Shown here: piece by piece, positions 9,275 to 18,904 of the stretch
Layout: each line of letters opens with the position of its first letter
Position numbering within the stretch: the first letter of the stretch is position 1
From: a virus
Lineage: Duplodnaviria; Heunggongvirae; Uroviricota; Caudoviricetes
Virus record (IMG/VR): IMGVR_UViG_2778261298_000002
Coordinates: 1-41,462 of that record
DNA: 41,462 bases
Strand: one strand, 5' to 3'
Position numbers and translations under genes: made by a program
Notes under the pieces: generated by a model
What the model was told of the DNA's origin: nothing
Seen by the model: only the letters and a program-made list of their open reading frames with translations
Database searches by the model: none

Positions 9275-11182
9275 TTATCGTGGAAAACGAAAAGGGGAAT
9301 ACCCCACATCGTGCGTGATTTTCATCAGGGGATCGGCTTTGTCCGGTACATCAATTATCTTCATACCTGGCGGAGCATTCTCGAACGTGACTTTCAGCTC
9401 GCTGTGCTGTGTCATGGAAGAAGATGGATTCAACAGCGGAACATTGGGTTTGTACTGACTCAGGCTGGCCTGATATTGCTCGTACTCTTTACGATCAAAA
9501 AAAGGCGTCCAGTCTGAAGCCAGAAACAGCCCTTTATTATCCAGCCAGTTAACCGTATCTTCAGGAACAACACTTTCCAGAGTATCTTTAACCGGCTCAT
9601 ACATCAGGGTTCCCAGAAAACCATATACCCCGGCCTTCCCGATAAAGCCGCGGCCTTTCCCCATCAATCCCGTTTCTGCCGATACCTTCCCCAGCGTACG
9701 CATCTCTCTGGTCACTGCGGTAATGGATTTGGTAACGTCAGCAACCCATTTGGTTGCCATAAACAGGGCAATCGCTTTCAGAACAGTTTCCCATCCCCCC
9801 ATCGCCTGCGCCGTTTCATCCATCACGTGCCAGACTTTTTTTATGACAGGACCTACGGTTTCCCAGTTATCAATAATGAGGTAAGCGCCACCAACCAGAA
9901 GAGCAATCAGCCCCTTAGCAGGCGTCATATTCATCACACCGCCGAGAACTTTCATAATTCTGGACAAAGAGCCTGCAGCGGCTCCCACCGTCAGTAAGGC
10001 CAGACCGATTTTAGCAATGGTCTTAACGAGCTCCGGGTTTTCACGGACAAACGTTCTCACTTCCTCAAGGAGCGGTTTTACCGCTTCAAGACCATCATTA
10101 ACCTCAGGAAGAAACGTTTCCCCCAGCGTGGAAGAAATGGCATCAAGTTGATTTTGCAGAAGTAAAAGCTGGTTTTCCGTCGTCGCTGCCCTCGAAGCAT
10201 ATTCCTTCTGCATCGAACTGCCATACTGCTGGGAATCCGCAACCCGCCTGAAGTTGGTACGCAACAAATCAAGGTTAGTCAGCAGAGGTGCTATCGCGCC
10301 CAGAGACTCTTTCCCGAACAGGGCATTCAGCACAGCTGCCTGTTTTTCTTTAGGCACTTTAGCCATCGCATCCAGTACAGATAGCATGGTGCCCCGGGCA
10401 TCTTTCTGCATATCAGCAGCTAATTTCTTCGGATTGATCCGCAGAAAACGCAATGCCTGTTTCTGCGATTTTGTCGCAGAATTTCCCGCGGTCAGGGAAA
10501 GCATGAAGTTCTTGATCCCTGTGGCGGCAATTTCTGACTCCACGCCCATCCCGGCAATGGTTGCCCCCATTGCCGCGATTTCGCCGGAAGCCACACCTGC
10601 AACACCACCTAAAGGACCAATACGCGTAACAATATCGGAGATTTTCTTCGCGTTCGCCGGGCCGGTATTACCAAGGTAGTTGATTTTGTCAGCCAGCCCG
10701 GCCACTTCATCCTGCGTCATATTAAACGCAGTACGCCACTGGGCCATCATCTGCCCGGACTCTTCAGCCGTGGTATCAAAGGCCACGCCCATCTTCACCG
10801 CATCAGTGGCAAACTGCATCAGTTCATCACGTGCAATCCCGGCCTGACCACCCGCCGCCACGATTTCAGCGATACCTTCCGCCGACATAGGCAGTTCGGT
10901 TGACAGGTCACGCACCTGCTCCGTCATGGCCTTAAACGCATCCGGCGTATCCAGACCGTCCACCACTTTGCGGACATCAGCCATCTTCGATTCAAGGGTG
11001 ATGGCTGATTTTACAGGGAGTACCAGTGCCCCCATTATTGCAGTACCCGCCCCGGCAGCGCCCAGAGCAAGGCTGGAGACTTCTTTCTGAAATCCCTTAA
11101 GCTGACGCTGCATACCTTTAAGCGGGCCGGATAGCCTGTCAACGGCGGTGATGATGGCTTTCAGCTGAAAATTATCAGCCAT
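9275..11182 (-). CDS. Tail tape measure protein
   Basis: 635 aa, Ala/Gly-rich with helical repeats and hydrophobic segments; downstream of the tube and chaperone genes. Confidence 0.8.
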   Translation of the reverse strand: MADNFQLKAIITAVDRLSGPLKGMQRQLKGFQKEVSSLALGAAGAGTAIMGALVLPVKSAITLESKMADVRKVVDGLDTPDAFKAMTEQVRDLSTELPMSAEGIAEIVAAGGQAGIARDELMQFATDAVKMGVAFDTTAEESGQMMAQWRTAFNMTQDEVAGLADKINYLGNTGPANAKKISDIVTRIGPLGGVAGVASGEIAAMGATIAGMGVESEIAATGIKNFMLSLTAGNSATKSQKQALRFLRINPKKLAADMQKDARGTMLSVLDAMAKVPKEKQAAVLNALFGKESLGAIAPLLTNLDLLRTNFRRVADSQQYGSSMQKEYASRAATTENQLLLLQNQLDAISSTLGETFLPEVNDGLEAVKPLLEEVRTFVRENPELVKTIAKIGLALLTVGAAAGSLSRIMKVLGGVMNMTPAKGLIALLVGGAYLIIDNWETVGPVIKKVWHVMDETAQAMGGWETVLKAIALFMATKWVADVTKSITAVTREMRTLGKVSAETGLMGKGRGFIGKAGVYGFLGTLMYEPVKDTLESVVPEDTVNWLDNKGLFLASDWTPFFDRKEYEQYQASLSQYKPNVPLLNPSSSMTQHSELKVTFENAPPGMKIIDVPDKADPLMKITHDVGYSPFRFPR

Positions 11183-11266
11183 GCTTCATCTCCTCATTTA
11201 TACGGACGGCCTCTGCCTCCAGATCAGCAAAGTGGGAAATAGCCGTCCGGCGAAGTTCAAGGGGGT

Positions 11267-11590
11267 TTAATTTCCAGAACCACGCGACATTGTAGAATCG
11301 CTTCCGGAGGTCTCTTCCGTCTCCAAGCCGGTAAAAAAACGCATTACAATCATGCCTGCCTTGAAAATATCCAGCTTCGTCATCTGCGCTGCAGACGAGC
11401 GCGGGATCCCGGCCAGAAGCGGGATATATTTCAGCGCCACCTGACTGTCCATTTTCATACCACCATCAGGCGAAACAGAGAAAGGGAACCCCAGCGCCTC
11501 AATCTCGTCATACGTAGGCTCACGTATTTCCAGCACATGCAGTGTTTCTTTGTGGGCGATGATCGGTTTTTTAAGTACAAGCTCAATCAC
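11267..11590 (-). CDS. Tail assembly chaperone
   Basis: 107 aa, between tail tube and tape measure. Confidence 0.55.
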   Translation of the reverse strand: MIELVLKKPIIAHKETLHVLEIREPTYDEIEALGFPFSVSPDGGMKMDSQVALKYIPLLAGIPRSSAAQMTKLDIFKAGMIVMRFFTGLETEETSGSDSTMSRGSGN

Positions 11591-11943
11591 TGGTAATCCC
11601 CTTCTTCACCGTGGAACTCAAGATCAACCGTGCCTTCTTCGGCATTATGGTTCGCTTCACCGTGCAGCCAGGCGGACGACAATACATAGACCTGACCGTT
11701 CGCCAGCTCGGCAGTGATGGTCATCTCATCAGACGAGGTGATTTTGCTCACCGGAAAATTCTTCGGCACCTTGAAGGTCCCTTTGACATAAGGTGCACGG
11801 TGAGTTTCCTTGCGGTCCACTGAACCGTCCAGGCCGATGATGTCATCATTGACCGTCCTGTTCATGGGCACCTCAATGCCGCCGGTCAGCGATAGCTGCT
11901 GACCGTCAATTTTGAAATAACAGGTTCCCCCGATACGGGCCAT
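11587..11943 (-). CDS. Tail tube protein
   Basis: 118 aa, directly downstream of the sheath gene with overlapping stop/start. Confidence 0.7.
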   Translation of the reverse strand: MARIGGTCYFKIDGQQLSLTGGIEVPMNRTVNDDIIGLDGSVDRKETHRAPYVKGTFKVPKNFPVSKITSSDEMTITAELANGQVYVLSSAWLHGEANHNAEEGTVDLEFHGEEGDYQ

Positions 11944-13439
11944 TATGCAGACTCCTCTGAATACTGAAGACGGAACTGGTTAACCACGGCAAAGACACGC
12001 AACTGGTTAACATAGTCAGGCGGGAACAGCGTGTTCAGGCGGTTCGGATCGCTGGCATCACGCTCCACAACCAGGTACTGCTTAAACAGTTCGTAGTTTT
12101 CCACGATCCCCGCACGCTCAAGCTGACGGTAGGTTGCCAGCAGTTCCCCTTTGATCACCGCCGGTGTGACAATCGCCTGACCGGGACCAAAGCGGGTACC
12201 GTCGCTGGCAAGCTTGTGACGCCCGTACTTACTGGTAATGACGGATTTCAGTTTGCGCAGCACATACGCGCTGGTATGCAGCGTCTCGCTGTCGAGGTAG
12301 CTGTTATCCGCAACACCGTAAGCGTTTTTCCTGTACGTGGTGACATCACGCTGAATGCGCAGCACCCCGCTTTCGACATACGCCGTTGCCACGCCATGAG
12401 ACAGCAGGGTCTGTTGTTCGGTCATCGTGAACCGTTTCCCCTTCGGCGCAGGCAGCATACCCACCAGCTCACCGGTCTGCGTGGGACGTGCCGGATCGTT
12501 GCGAATAAACACCGCTGCGCGGGCGGTACGGCTTGCCGCCAGCTCGTCGGCAGGCGTCTGGGTCTCTTTTTCGTATCCCGCCAGGGTAATGTGCTGCTGG
12601 TTAAACTGGTCACCTGCGGTCACCAGTTCTGACAACGTGCCGATCTTTGCCGTATACACATGACCATACAGCTGACGCGCATAGCTCCAGCGACCGCTGG
12701 TATCGTTCATCTCGGTCACCAGCGTGTTAACGGAGGCCGTGTCGTTGAACGGCAGGCCGATATAATCAAACGGCTCATCCGCCATTGCAGCCACCGCGCC
12801 GGTGAGAACAGGAGAGCCCGTTCCGGCGGTCCCCGTCGCCACGGCAATCTGTACGCCCGCTGGCAGCACTTCGCCCCCACCGAAGCCGTAGTAATTGAGG
12901 CTGACAGGAATTTCATTCCCGCAAAGCCCCTTATGACGCGCGGTCAGTGTGACCACGCCTGCCGAAGATGAAGCCGTAAACGGCAGGGCCGGAACGGCAT
13001 TGATGGCATCCTGGATACTGCTGGCAATCGTCGTGACGTTATCGCCGTTGGTCACCGGAGCCTGCACGCGGGTACGTCCAACATAGACATTCACCGTGCC
13101 GGTTTCGGTTGCCGCCCCGGTCACCGTCAGCGTAACCGTTGCCGCCGCGCCTGTGGCTTCCGGAACGGCAATCACATACAGCTCGCCAAACGGGTCGGTC
13201 TGGCGATAAGCCTCGACCATACGCGCCAGCTGACTTCCCGCACCACAAATCTGGCGTGCATAGTCTGCCGACGGCATCAGCACCAGACTGTTGGCAACAA
13301 TCTCTGCACCGTTATTGGCGTGACCAATCAGCAACGATGCCCCGCTGTCCTGTGCAGTATTCGCCGCCTGGTTATCCATTTCCGCATAAAACAGCGGAAC
13401 CAGCGTATTCGACGGAATGGTGTTAAAGCTTATCGTCAT
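11943..13439 (-). CDS. Contractile tail sheath protein
   Basis: 498 aa; size and position typical of Mu/P2-type sheath. Confidence 0.8.
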   Translation of the reverse strand: MTISFNTIPSNTLVPLFYAEMDNQAANTAQDSGASLLIGHANNGAEIVANSLVLMPSADYARQICGAGSQLARMVEAYRQTDPFGELYVIAVPEATGAAATVTLTVTGAATETGTVNVYVGRTRVQAPVTNGDNVTTIASSIQDAINAVPALPFTASSSAGVVTLTARHKGLCGNEIPVSLNYYGFGGGEVLPAGVQIAVATGTAGTGSPVLTGAVAAMADEPFDYIGLPFNDTASVNTLVTEMNDTSGRWSYARQLYGHVYTAKIGTLSELVTAGDQFNQQHITLAGYEKETQTPADELAASRTARAAVFIRNDPARPTQTGELVGMLPAPKGKRFTMTEQQTLLSHGVATAYVESGVLRIQRDVTTYRKNAYGVADNSYLDSETLHTSAYVLRKLKSVITSKYGRHKLASDGTRFGPGQAIVTPAVIKGELLATYRQLERAGIVENYELFKQYLVVERDASDPNRLNTLFPPDYVNQLRVFAVVNQFRLQYSEESA

Positions 13440-13593
13440 CGGTGTTCACCTTTTTATTCACGCGCCGGATATCACCCGCTGCTTCACGGCGCAGCCAGTA
13501 GTTGTTCTCATCAACATTTCGCCCCTCGGCGGGCAAAAGGTCGCCGCGGGCAGGGTCAGGTACTGACCGCCCTTTAACAGGTTTCACAAACAT
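13423..13593 (-). CDS. Small hypothetical protein (56 aa) upstream of the sheath gene
   Basis: Hand translation MFVKPVKGRSVPDPARGDLLPAEGRNVDENNYWLRREAAGDIRRVNKKVNTDDDKL; its stop overlaps the sheath start; below the ORF-track length cutoff. Confidence 0.45.
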   Translation of the reverse strand: MFVKPVKGRSVPDPARGDLLPAEGRNVDENNYWLRREAAGDIRRVNKKVNTDDDKL

Positions 13594-13601
13594 GATGATC
13601 C

Positions 13602-14162
13602 TCAGGAAGGAAGGGTTATTTCGGTGTGATGTTCGATATCGCCGTCAGGCCCGTTACCGGGATCGAGATAATCAACATCAATCGCCAGCGTTCGCAGTTC
13701 ATCCAGACTGTTCAGGTCATCCTGCTGGCGGGTATCGTCTTCGGTCAGCTCGCTGATGACCGAAAAATCGAACTGATAAATCAGCTCATGACGATTCAGA
13801 TCCAGCAGCGTGCCGCCGTCATAGGTAATCGGGTTACCGCACGCTTCCGGGTTCCAGCCCAGAAGGGCCTTAAAGAGCATCTGCCGGACATCGTCCACCA
13901 CATCATACGAAGCAAACTGACCGCGCTCATCACGCCCGTTACTCAGTATGACAACCACGGAGAAGCCCTCTTTCAGCTCCTGCCAGTAGTCGGTCTGGCT
14001 TTTGTTTTCTCCCGGAGAATCATCACCCGGTACAACATATGCCGCCGGGAGTCTCAGCTTTCCGACCTCCGGCAGATTTTTGAACTGTGCCGCGCCTGCC
14101 ACCCGGTTTTCAAAATACGGGCAGCGGGCACGCAGCGCAGCAATAACAGGCGTCAGTTTCAT
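13602..14162 (-). CDS. Tail completion / neck protein (Mu gp37-like)
   Basis: 186 aa, between head-completion genes and the sheath. Confidence 0.5.
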   Translation of the reverse strand: MKLTPVIAALRARCPYFENRVAGAAQFKNLPEVGKLRLPAAYVVPGDDSPGENKSQTDYWQELKEGFSVVVILSNGRDERGQFASYDVVDDVRQMLFKALLGWNPEACGNPITYDGGTLLDLNRHELIYQFDFSVISELTEDDTRQQDDLNSLDELRTLAIDVDYLDPGNGPDGDIEHHTEITLPS

Positions 14163-14665
14163 CTGCGTCGTCGCTCCGGCTTCAGTGATTTACGTAATTC
14201 CCGCGCCAGAAAATAGCGTGTCCAGCTGCGGTTCTTTTCAAGAGTTTCCACCATAAAGTTATTACGTGGAGCCAGCCGCCAGCCGCTGCCACCGGATGCA
14301 CCACGATGATGACTACGACGACGTTTTGCTCCTCCCCGGACACCAAAAAACAGAAACGCCGGATAGAAGTCACCAGAGATCATCCGGTTCCCCTTCCCGT
14401 TGCGCTGGTTAGGGGCAATGCGTGTCATAAAACCGGCTCGCTTTTTACTGGCTCTCGGCACCATGTAACCAATCGAACGAGCCAGGCGTCCGGTCTGATA
14501 ACCGGGGTTTTCACCCGGTGCCGACCGCGCACGGCGCATCACCAGCCGACGGGCATCACGCATATGACGCTGCCCAATCGTGACAAACGCCCGCCGGACA
14601 CGGGCGCGGTTAAAGCGCATCTCCGCGGGCTGCTGAACATCAACGTGAAAAAAGGGAGTCGCCAT
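14159..14665 (-). CDS. Virion morphogenesis protein (Mu G-like)
   Basis: 168 aa, Arg-rich; position in the head-tail joining cluster. Confidence 0.5.
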   Translation of the reverse strand: MATPFFHVDVQQPAEMRFNRARVRRAFVTIGQRHMRDARRLVMRRARSAPGENPGYQTGRLARSIGYMVPRASKKRAGFMTRIAPNQRNGKGNRMISGDFYPAFLFFGVRGGAKRRRSHHRGASGGSGWRLAPRNNFMVETLEKNRSWTRYFLARELRKSLKPERRRR

Positions 14666-15050
14666 TGCTGCCTCCGTGACTCTGCGTAAATTCGCCCAGT
14701 TCCGTACACTCCAGCAGCAGAAAGCGCCGCGCCCCGTTCAGATCGCGCTGACGTTTCACCCGGTACACACTGTCACCGCAGACCACCTCATAATCAGCGG
14801 TGATCCCCCGGCGGTAGCGAATGGTGATGTAATGGGTGATGGCGTCCCCGGTCTGCGCGGTTTCCTGCCAGGTGGTGGCACTGGTCTGGATAACCTTCGC
14901 CCATGTCCGGAACGTAACCGGGTATTGAGACTCCACGCCAAAGTTATCCGCGGGCATATCCACCCGCTGGCGGATCAGGACGCGTTTATTCAGTTCACCG
15001 GGGTCCGGCAGAATGTAGGTTGCGCTGGTCTGCGCCTGACTAATTTTCAT
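14640..15050 (-). CDS. Head-tail adaptor / head closure protein
   Basis: 136 aa; follows the connector protein. Confidence 0.55.
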   Translation of the reverse strand: MKISQAQTSATYILPDPGELNKRVLIRQRVDMPADNFGVESQYPVTFRTWAKVIQTSATTWQETAQTGDAITHYITIRYRRGITADYEVVCGDSVYRVKRQRDLNGARRFLLLECTELGEFTQSHGGSNGDSLFSR

Positions 15051-15370
15051 TGCGGAAAGTACCTGTACGGGCCGACAAGCCAGCCAAAACTCTGCGGCAT
15101 GTCGAGTTTCTCCACTTCCGTAACCGACGAGCGGTTTTCGTAAAAATGGCTGATAAGCATCAGCATCCCCAGACGAATATCATCCGGCAGGTGCAGCCCG
15201 TCCGGGTCGCTGTCCGGAATGGTTTCATCCGGTGCATAGAGCTTCCGGTTCAGATACGTTTCCGTCCGCTTTTGCGCCGCACAGGCCAGCAGTTGCAGAT
15301 GGCGGTCATCAGCATCGAAATCCTCATCCAGCCGGAGTTGGGCTTTAATCTCTTCCATTGTCAGAAGCAT
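15047..15370 (-). CDS. Head-tail connector protein (gp6-like)
   Basis: 107 aa; immediately downstream of the capsid region. Confidence 0.55.
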   Translation of the reverse strand: MLLTMEEIKAQLRLDEDFDADDRHLQLLACAAQKRTETYLNRKLYAPDETIPDSDPDGLHLPDDIRLGMLMLISHFYENRSSVTEVEKLDMPQSFGWLVGPYRYFPQ

Positions 15371-15372
15371 AC

Positions 15373-15573
15373 TCAGCCCTCTTTACTGGTCGTGGCTTTT
15401 TTCTCTTTTGTCGCTTTACTGCTTTTTGCACTGGTTCCGCGCTCTGCTAACCCGGCCTGAAGTGCAATCTCCTGCACCCGGGCAGGAAGCGCCCCGTCGT
15501 CATACTCACCGGCCCAAATGACCTCAACACGCATACCGTCCGGTGACCATTTCAGATCTTGTTTCAGGATCAT
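15373..15573 (-). CDS. Small hypothetical head-module protein with Lys-rich tail
   Basis: 66 aa ORF directly after the major capsid gene. Confidence 0.4.
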   Translation of the reverse strand: MILKQDLKWSPDGMRVEVIWAGEYDDGALPARVQEIALQAGLAERGTSAKSSKATKEKKATTSKEG

Positions 15574-15621
15574 GATTCTTCACCCGTCAGAACAGGGGGG
15601 CGGTTCCGCGCCCCTGAGTGA

Positions 15622-16827
15622 TTACGCCGCTGCAATCTTCAGCAGTTTGATGGCCTGCGAATCGACCAGCATGCCGCCGGTGCGCTTGGTGGTATAAAAA
15701 CCGACAAACGGTTTATTGGTGTACGGGTCACGCAGAATGCGGGTGCCGATACGGTCAACGATGGTGTAACCCCGTTTGAAGTTACCAAATGCAATGGCTT
15801 TCGCATCAGCGGCGATATCCGGCATCTGTTCGTTTTCAGCGATACCGTAACCCGCCAGAGAGGACGGCTGCCCCAGCTCCAGCCCCGGACGCCACAGATA
15901 GTTACCCTCGCTGTCTTTAAGCAGACGGATGGCAAACAGGCTGTTGTTGTTCATCATGAACTTCGCGCCAGTGCGGTGTGCCTTACGCAGCGTGTAAATC
16001 AGTTTGATAATGGCGTCTGCGGTCACCGTCGTCGCTTCACCGGATACAATATGCTGAAGTTTACCGAACGCCCGGACCTTATCGGTTTCATCGGTGGATT
16101 CATACGCCAGGAACCCTTTTGGCTTCTTGGTGCCATCGCCGGTGGTAAAGGCAATTTCTTCCTGTTCGGCAAATTCGGTCGCCAGCTCGCTGTTGATCCA
16201 GGCCTCCACGTTGAAGAAGGCATCATCCAGCATTTTCTGGGTGGCCTGCGGGTTACCGTAGATTTCCCCCATGAAAGGTTCAATCAGTCCCAGTTTTGAG
16301 GTGGCAGTCTGGGAGCGCGCGTCAGTCTCGCCAACCCATCCGGAAGCCGTGCCGCCCAGATTCACCAGTTTTTTGTAGTCGGAACCACCAACGGTGATCA
16401 CCGTGGCTTCCTGGCGCATCACCACTTCATCTTTCAGCAGGGTGAGAATGTTGCGATCCAGTGCTTCCGGCACGGCATAGCCGCCGTCTTCATCGGTGCC
16501 CACCTGTAATGCCTTGCGCTCCAGATCGCGCAGACCATCTTCACGGCCTTTACGCAGGAAGCCCACAAACGCTTCTTTATGCTCGGTGGCCAGTTTATTT
16601 TGCGCACCCCCTGCCGGACGTTTCAGCTCAAGCAGCTCTTTTTCAAGATCGCTTTTGAGGTTTTCCAGCTCGCTGAGTTTCCCGTTCAGGGTTTCCACCT
16701 GCCCGGCAAGTTTGCCTTTTTCCTGCTCAATCGCATCCACGCGCTTGTCGTTCTTTGCTTTGAAGTCGTCAAACTTCTGCTGCAGCTCCTGCGCGACCTG
16801 TTCGACATCTTTAATATCAACCGCCAT
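15622..16827 (-). CDS. Major capsid protein, HK97 fold
   Basis: 401 aa with N-terminal coiled-coil delta-like region followed by the capsid domain; downstream of the prohead protease. Confidence 0.85.
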   Translation of the reverse strand: MAVDIKDVEQVAQELQQKFDDFKAKNDKRVDAIEQEKGKLAGQVETLNGKLSELENLKSDLEKELLELKRPAGGAQNKLATEHKEAFVGFLRKGREDGLRDLERKALQVGTDEDGGYAVPEALDRNILTLLKDEVVMRQEATVITVGGSDYKKLVNLGGTASGWVGETDARSQTATSKLGLIEPFMGEIYGNPQATQKMLDDAFFNVEAWINSELATEFAEQEEIAFTTGDGTKKPKGFLAYESTDETDKVRAFGKLQHIVSGEATTVTADAIIKLIYTLRKAHRTGAKFMMNNNSLFAIRLLKDSEGNYLWRPGLELGQPSSLAGYGIAENEQMPDIAADAKAIAFGNFKRGYTIVDRIGTRILRDPYTNKPFVGFYTTKRTGGMLVDSQAIKLLKIAAA

Positions 16828-16841
16828 CGTATTTCTCCTGA

Positions 16842-17528
16842 TTAGAAGTTCAGATTTTTCAGTGCATTCAGTGCAGAGCCCACATCCTCAGCGTCGCGCA
16901 GGGACAGTGCGCCATAGCCCCCGGCCATGAATGCTTTGGCCTGGGTACGGGAGAGTCCGACATCACGCAGGACTCTTTCGATTTTTTTCTGTTCGGGGAT
17001 TTCCCCGCGGGCCAGTGCGTTCTTGACGTCGCTGATCCGCGCCTCGTCGTTAGACGGGAACGTCACCAGGCTGACTTCCCAGAGGTCGATTTCTTTCAGC
17101 AGAAAGGCTTCTTTGCTCCGGTCGTATTCCCAGTCTTTCAGGACGTACCCAATAGAAAGGCCGGTTAACGAACCGGCCTTCATGTGTGCATGTGCGCGTT
17201 TTGCGAGGGGATCATCATCAATAAGCAACCGTCCCCTGACGTAAAGCCCGACATCGTCTTCCTTCATTTCGGTGTAAACACCGATGGGTTCATCCATGCG
17301 GTGCTGCCAGAGCAGCGCAGGTAACGCTTTTCTGTCACTCCACGCCCGCAGGGAAGCAGCAAATGCCCCGGACATCACCACATCATCGTGGCTGTCCTTT
17401 ACACCAAAGACGGAGCCATACCCTTCAAACTCACCGGAGTCACTGACAGATTTCAGACTCAGCGGTACATCAAGACGTTGTTTCGTCTGCATTGGCGTTA
17501 TCCTTCTGCTTACCGGCTTTACTGCCAT
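16842..17528 (-). CDS. Prohead protease (HK97 family)
   Basis: 228 aa between portal and capsid genes. Confidence 0.8.
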   Translation of the reverse strand: MAVKPVSRRITPMQTKQRLDVPLSLKSVSDSGEFEGYGSVFGVKDSHDDVVMSGAFAASLRAWSDRKALPALLWQHRMDEPIGVYTEMKEDDVGLYVRGRLLIDDDPLAKRAHAHMKAGSLTGLSIGYVLKDWEYDRSKEAFLLKEIDLWEVSLVTFPSNDEARISDVKNALARGEIPEQKKIERVLRDVGLSRTQAKAFMAGGYGALSLRDAEDVGSALNALKNLNF

Positions 17529-18711
17529 CGGAGGGTTTCGTGGTCATGTTCATCGGTGTGAGATAGACATCACCACCGGGACGCGGATTCATATCTTCCA
17601 GGTCGCGGCAGTCATTGGGAGAGTAAATTCCCCAGTTGATCCCGGTGGCGTAGGCTTCAAAACGGGACTTCATATCCCCGCGCAGTAACGCCCCGGCGTT
17701 AAATTTGGCGTAATAAACGCCCTGCTTACTTTTTCGTACCAGTCCGGTGTTGATCCGCTGTTCGATGCGGGTCAGATACGGCACCAGTGAATAGTTGATA
17801 AATCCCAGCCCCAGCTCTTCGATATTGTTGAAGGTGGCACGATCGGTGTTCTGCACCATGTGCAACGGCACCCGGAACAGACGACAGATTTCTTCAAGCT
17901 GAAACTTGCGGGTTTCCAGGAACTGGCTGTCCTCGGCGTTCAGCGCCATCGACTTCCAGTCCAGCCCCATCTCAAGGATCATCGGGCGGTGAGCATTGCC
18001 AAGCCCGGTGTGACGCTCCTCAAAATCTTTCTTCAGGCGCTCGTAAGCCTGATCTGACAGCGTCTGCTCTGTACGCAACACACCCGACGTCACCGCACCA
18101 TTGCTGAACAGTCTGGCCCCGTGCTCTTCGGTCGCTGCCGCCAGCGATATTGCCTCGCGGGCATAGGCGATGGGATTCAGCCCCACCAGTCCGTCCAGCG
18201 TCAGCGTACGCACATGCCAGATATCCTCCTGGCTCAGTACATCCGTGGAGCCATCCGGGAATGTGACCTGATAGACCGGTTCCCAGCTACTGTTAAGCTT
18301 CGGTACCACACAGCCGGGATCGACGGGCAGCAGTTCAGCCACTTCGCCAAATGCTTTCACTTTGTAGGCGTAAAAGTTTCCCCGCAGGCACAGACAGGTG
18401 ACCACCAGCTCCCAGAACTCCTGCGGCGTCATATAGCCATTGGGATGCGTGGAGATCAGCTTATGCAGACGTTCGTCAGTGGCTCTCTGCTTCAGGCTGC
18501 CGTTCAGGTGATACAGGTTGCAGGGCAACATCCCGACCGACTCCGCCAGCACCCTGACACAGGAAAAAACCGCCGTCAGTCGCATGGCCCGCTGGCTGCT
18601 GATCTGCTTTCCGGTATAGGTGTCGTAGGACAACCCGATAGCATCCGCCAGCTCTGCTGGCGTGGTCACCGGTGCGTCACTTTTTCGTTGAAATAATCCC
18701 GAAAAGAACAC
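17470..18711 (-). CDS. Portal protein (HK97 family)
   Basis: 413 aa downstream of terminase. Confidence 0.8.
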   Translation of the reverse strand: MFFSGLFQRKSDAPVTTPAELADAIGLSYDTYTGKQISSQRAMRLTAVFSCVRVLAESVGMLPCNLYHLNGSLKQRATDERLHKLISTHPNGYMTPQEFWELVVTCLCLRGNFYAYKVKAFGEVAELLPVDPGCVVPKLNSSWEPVYQVTFPDGSTDVLSQEDIWHVRTLTLDGLVGLNPIAYAREAISLAAATEEHGARLFSNGAVTSGVLRTEQTLSDQAYERLKKDFEERHTGLGNAHRPMILEMGLDWKSMALNAEDSQFLETRKFQLEEICRLFRVPLHMVQNTDRATFNNIEELGLGFINYSLVPYLTRIEQRINTGLVRKSKQGVYYAKFNAGALLRGDMKSRFEAYATGINWGIYSPNDCRDLEDMNPRPGGDVYLTPMNMTTKPSDGSKAGKQKDNANADETTS

Positions 18712-18893
18712 TATTTACCTCCGCCGACAGACGACTGTGTACGGTCGAGATATCGCGCCACCAGCCACGACCAGAACAGACACAACGCCCCGGCAACAAC
18801 AAACCCCGCCGGGGGATAAATCAGCCAGGCACCATACGCCAGCAAAAGCGCCCCCAGCACGCCCACCAGAGGCGCGAGAATCAGCATGATCAT
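18711..18893 (-). CDS. Small hydrophobic protein (60 aa) between terminase and portal
   Basis: [49 protein letters not shown]: two predicted TM helices. Confidence 0.4.
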
Positions 18894-18904
18894 AATTACC
18901 TCAG

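Noticed and set aside
11267-11590. Programmed -1 frameshift extension of the tail assembly chaperone
   Set aside because: No slippery heptamer or overlapping extended frame was evident by eye; not claimed.
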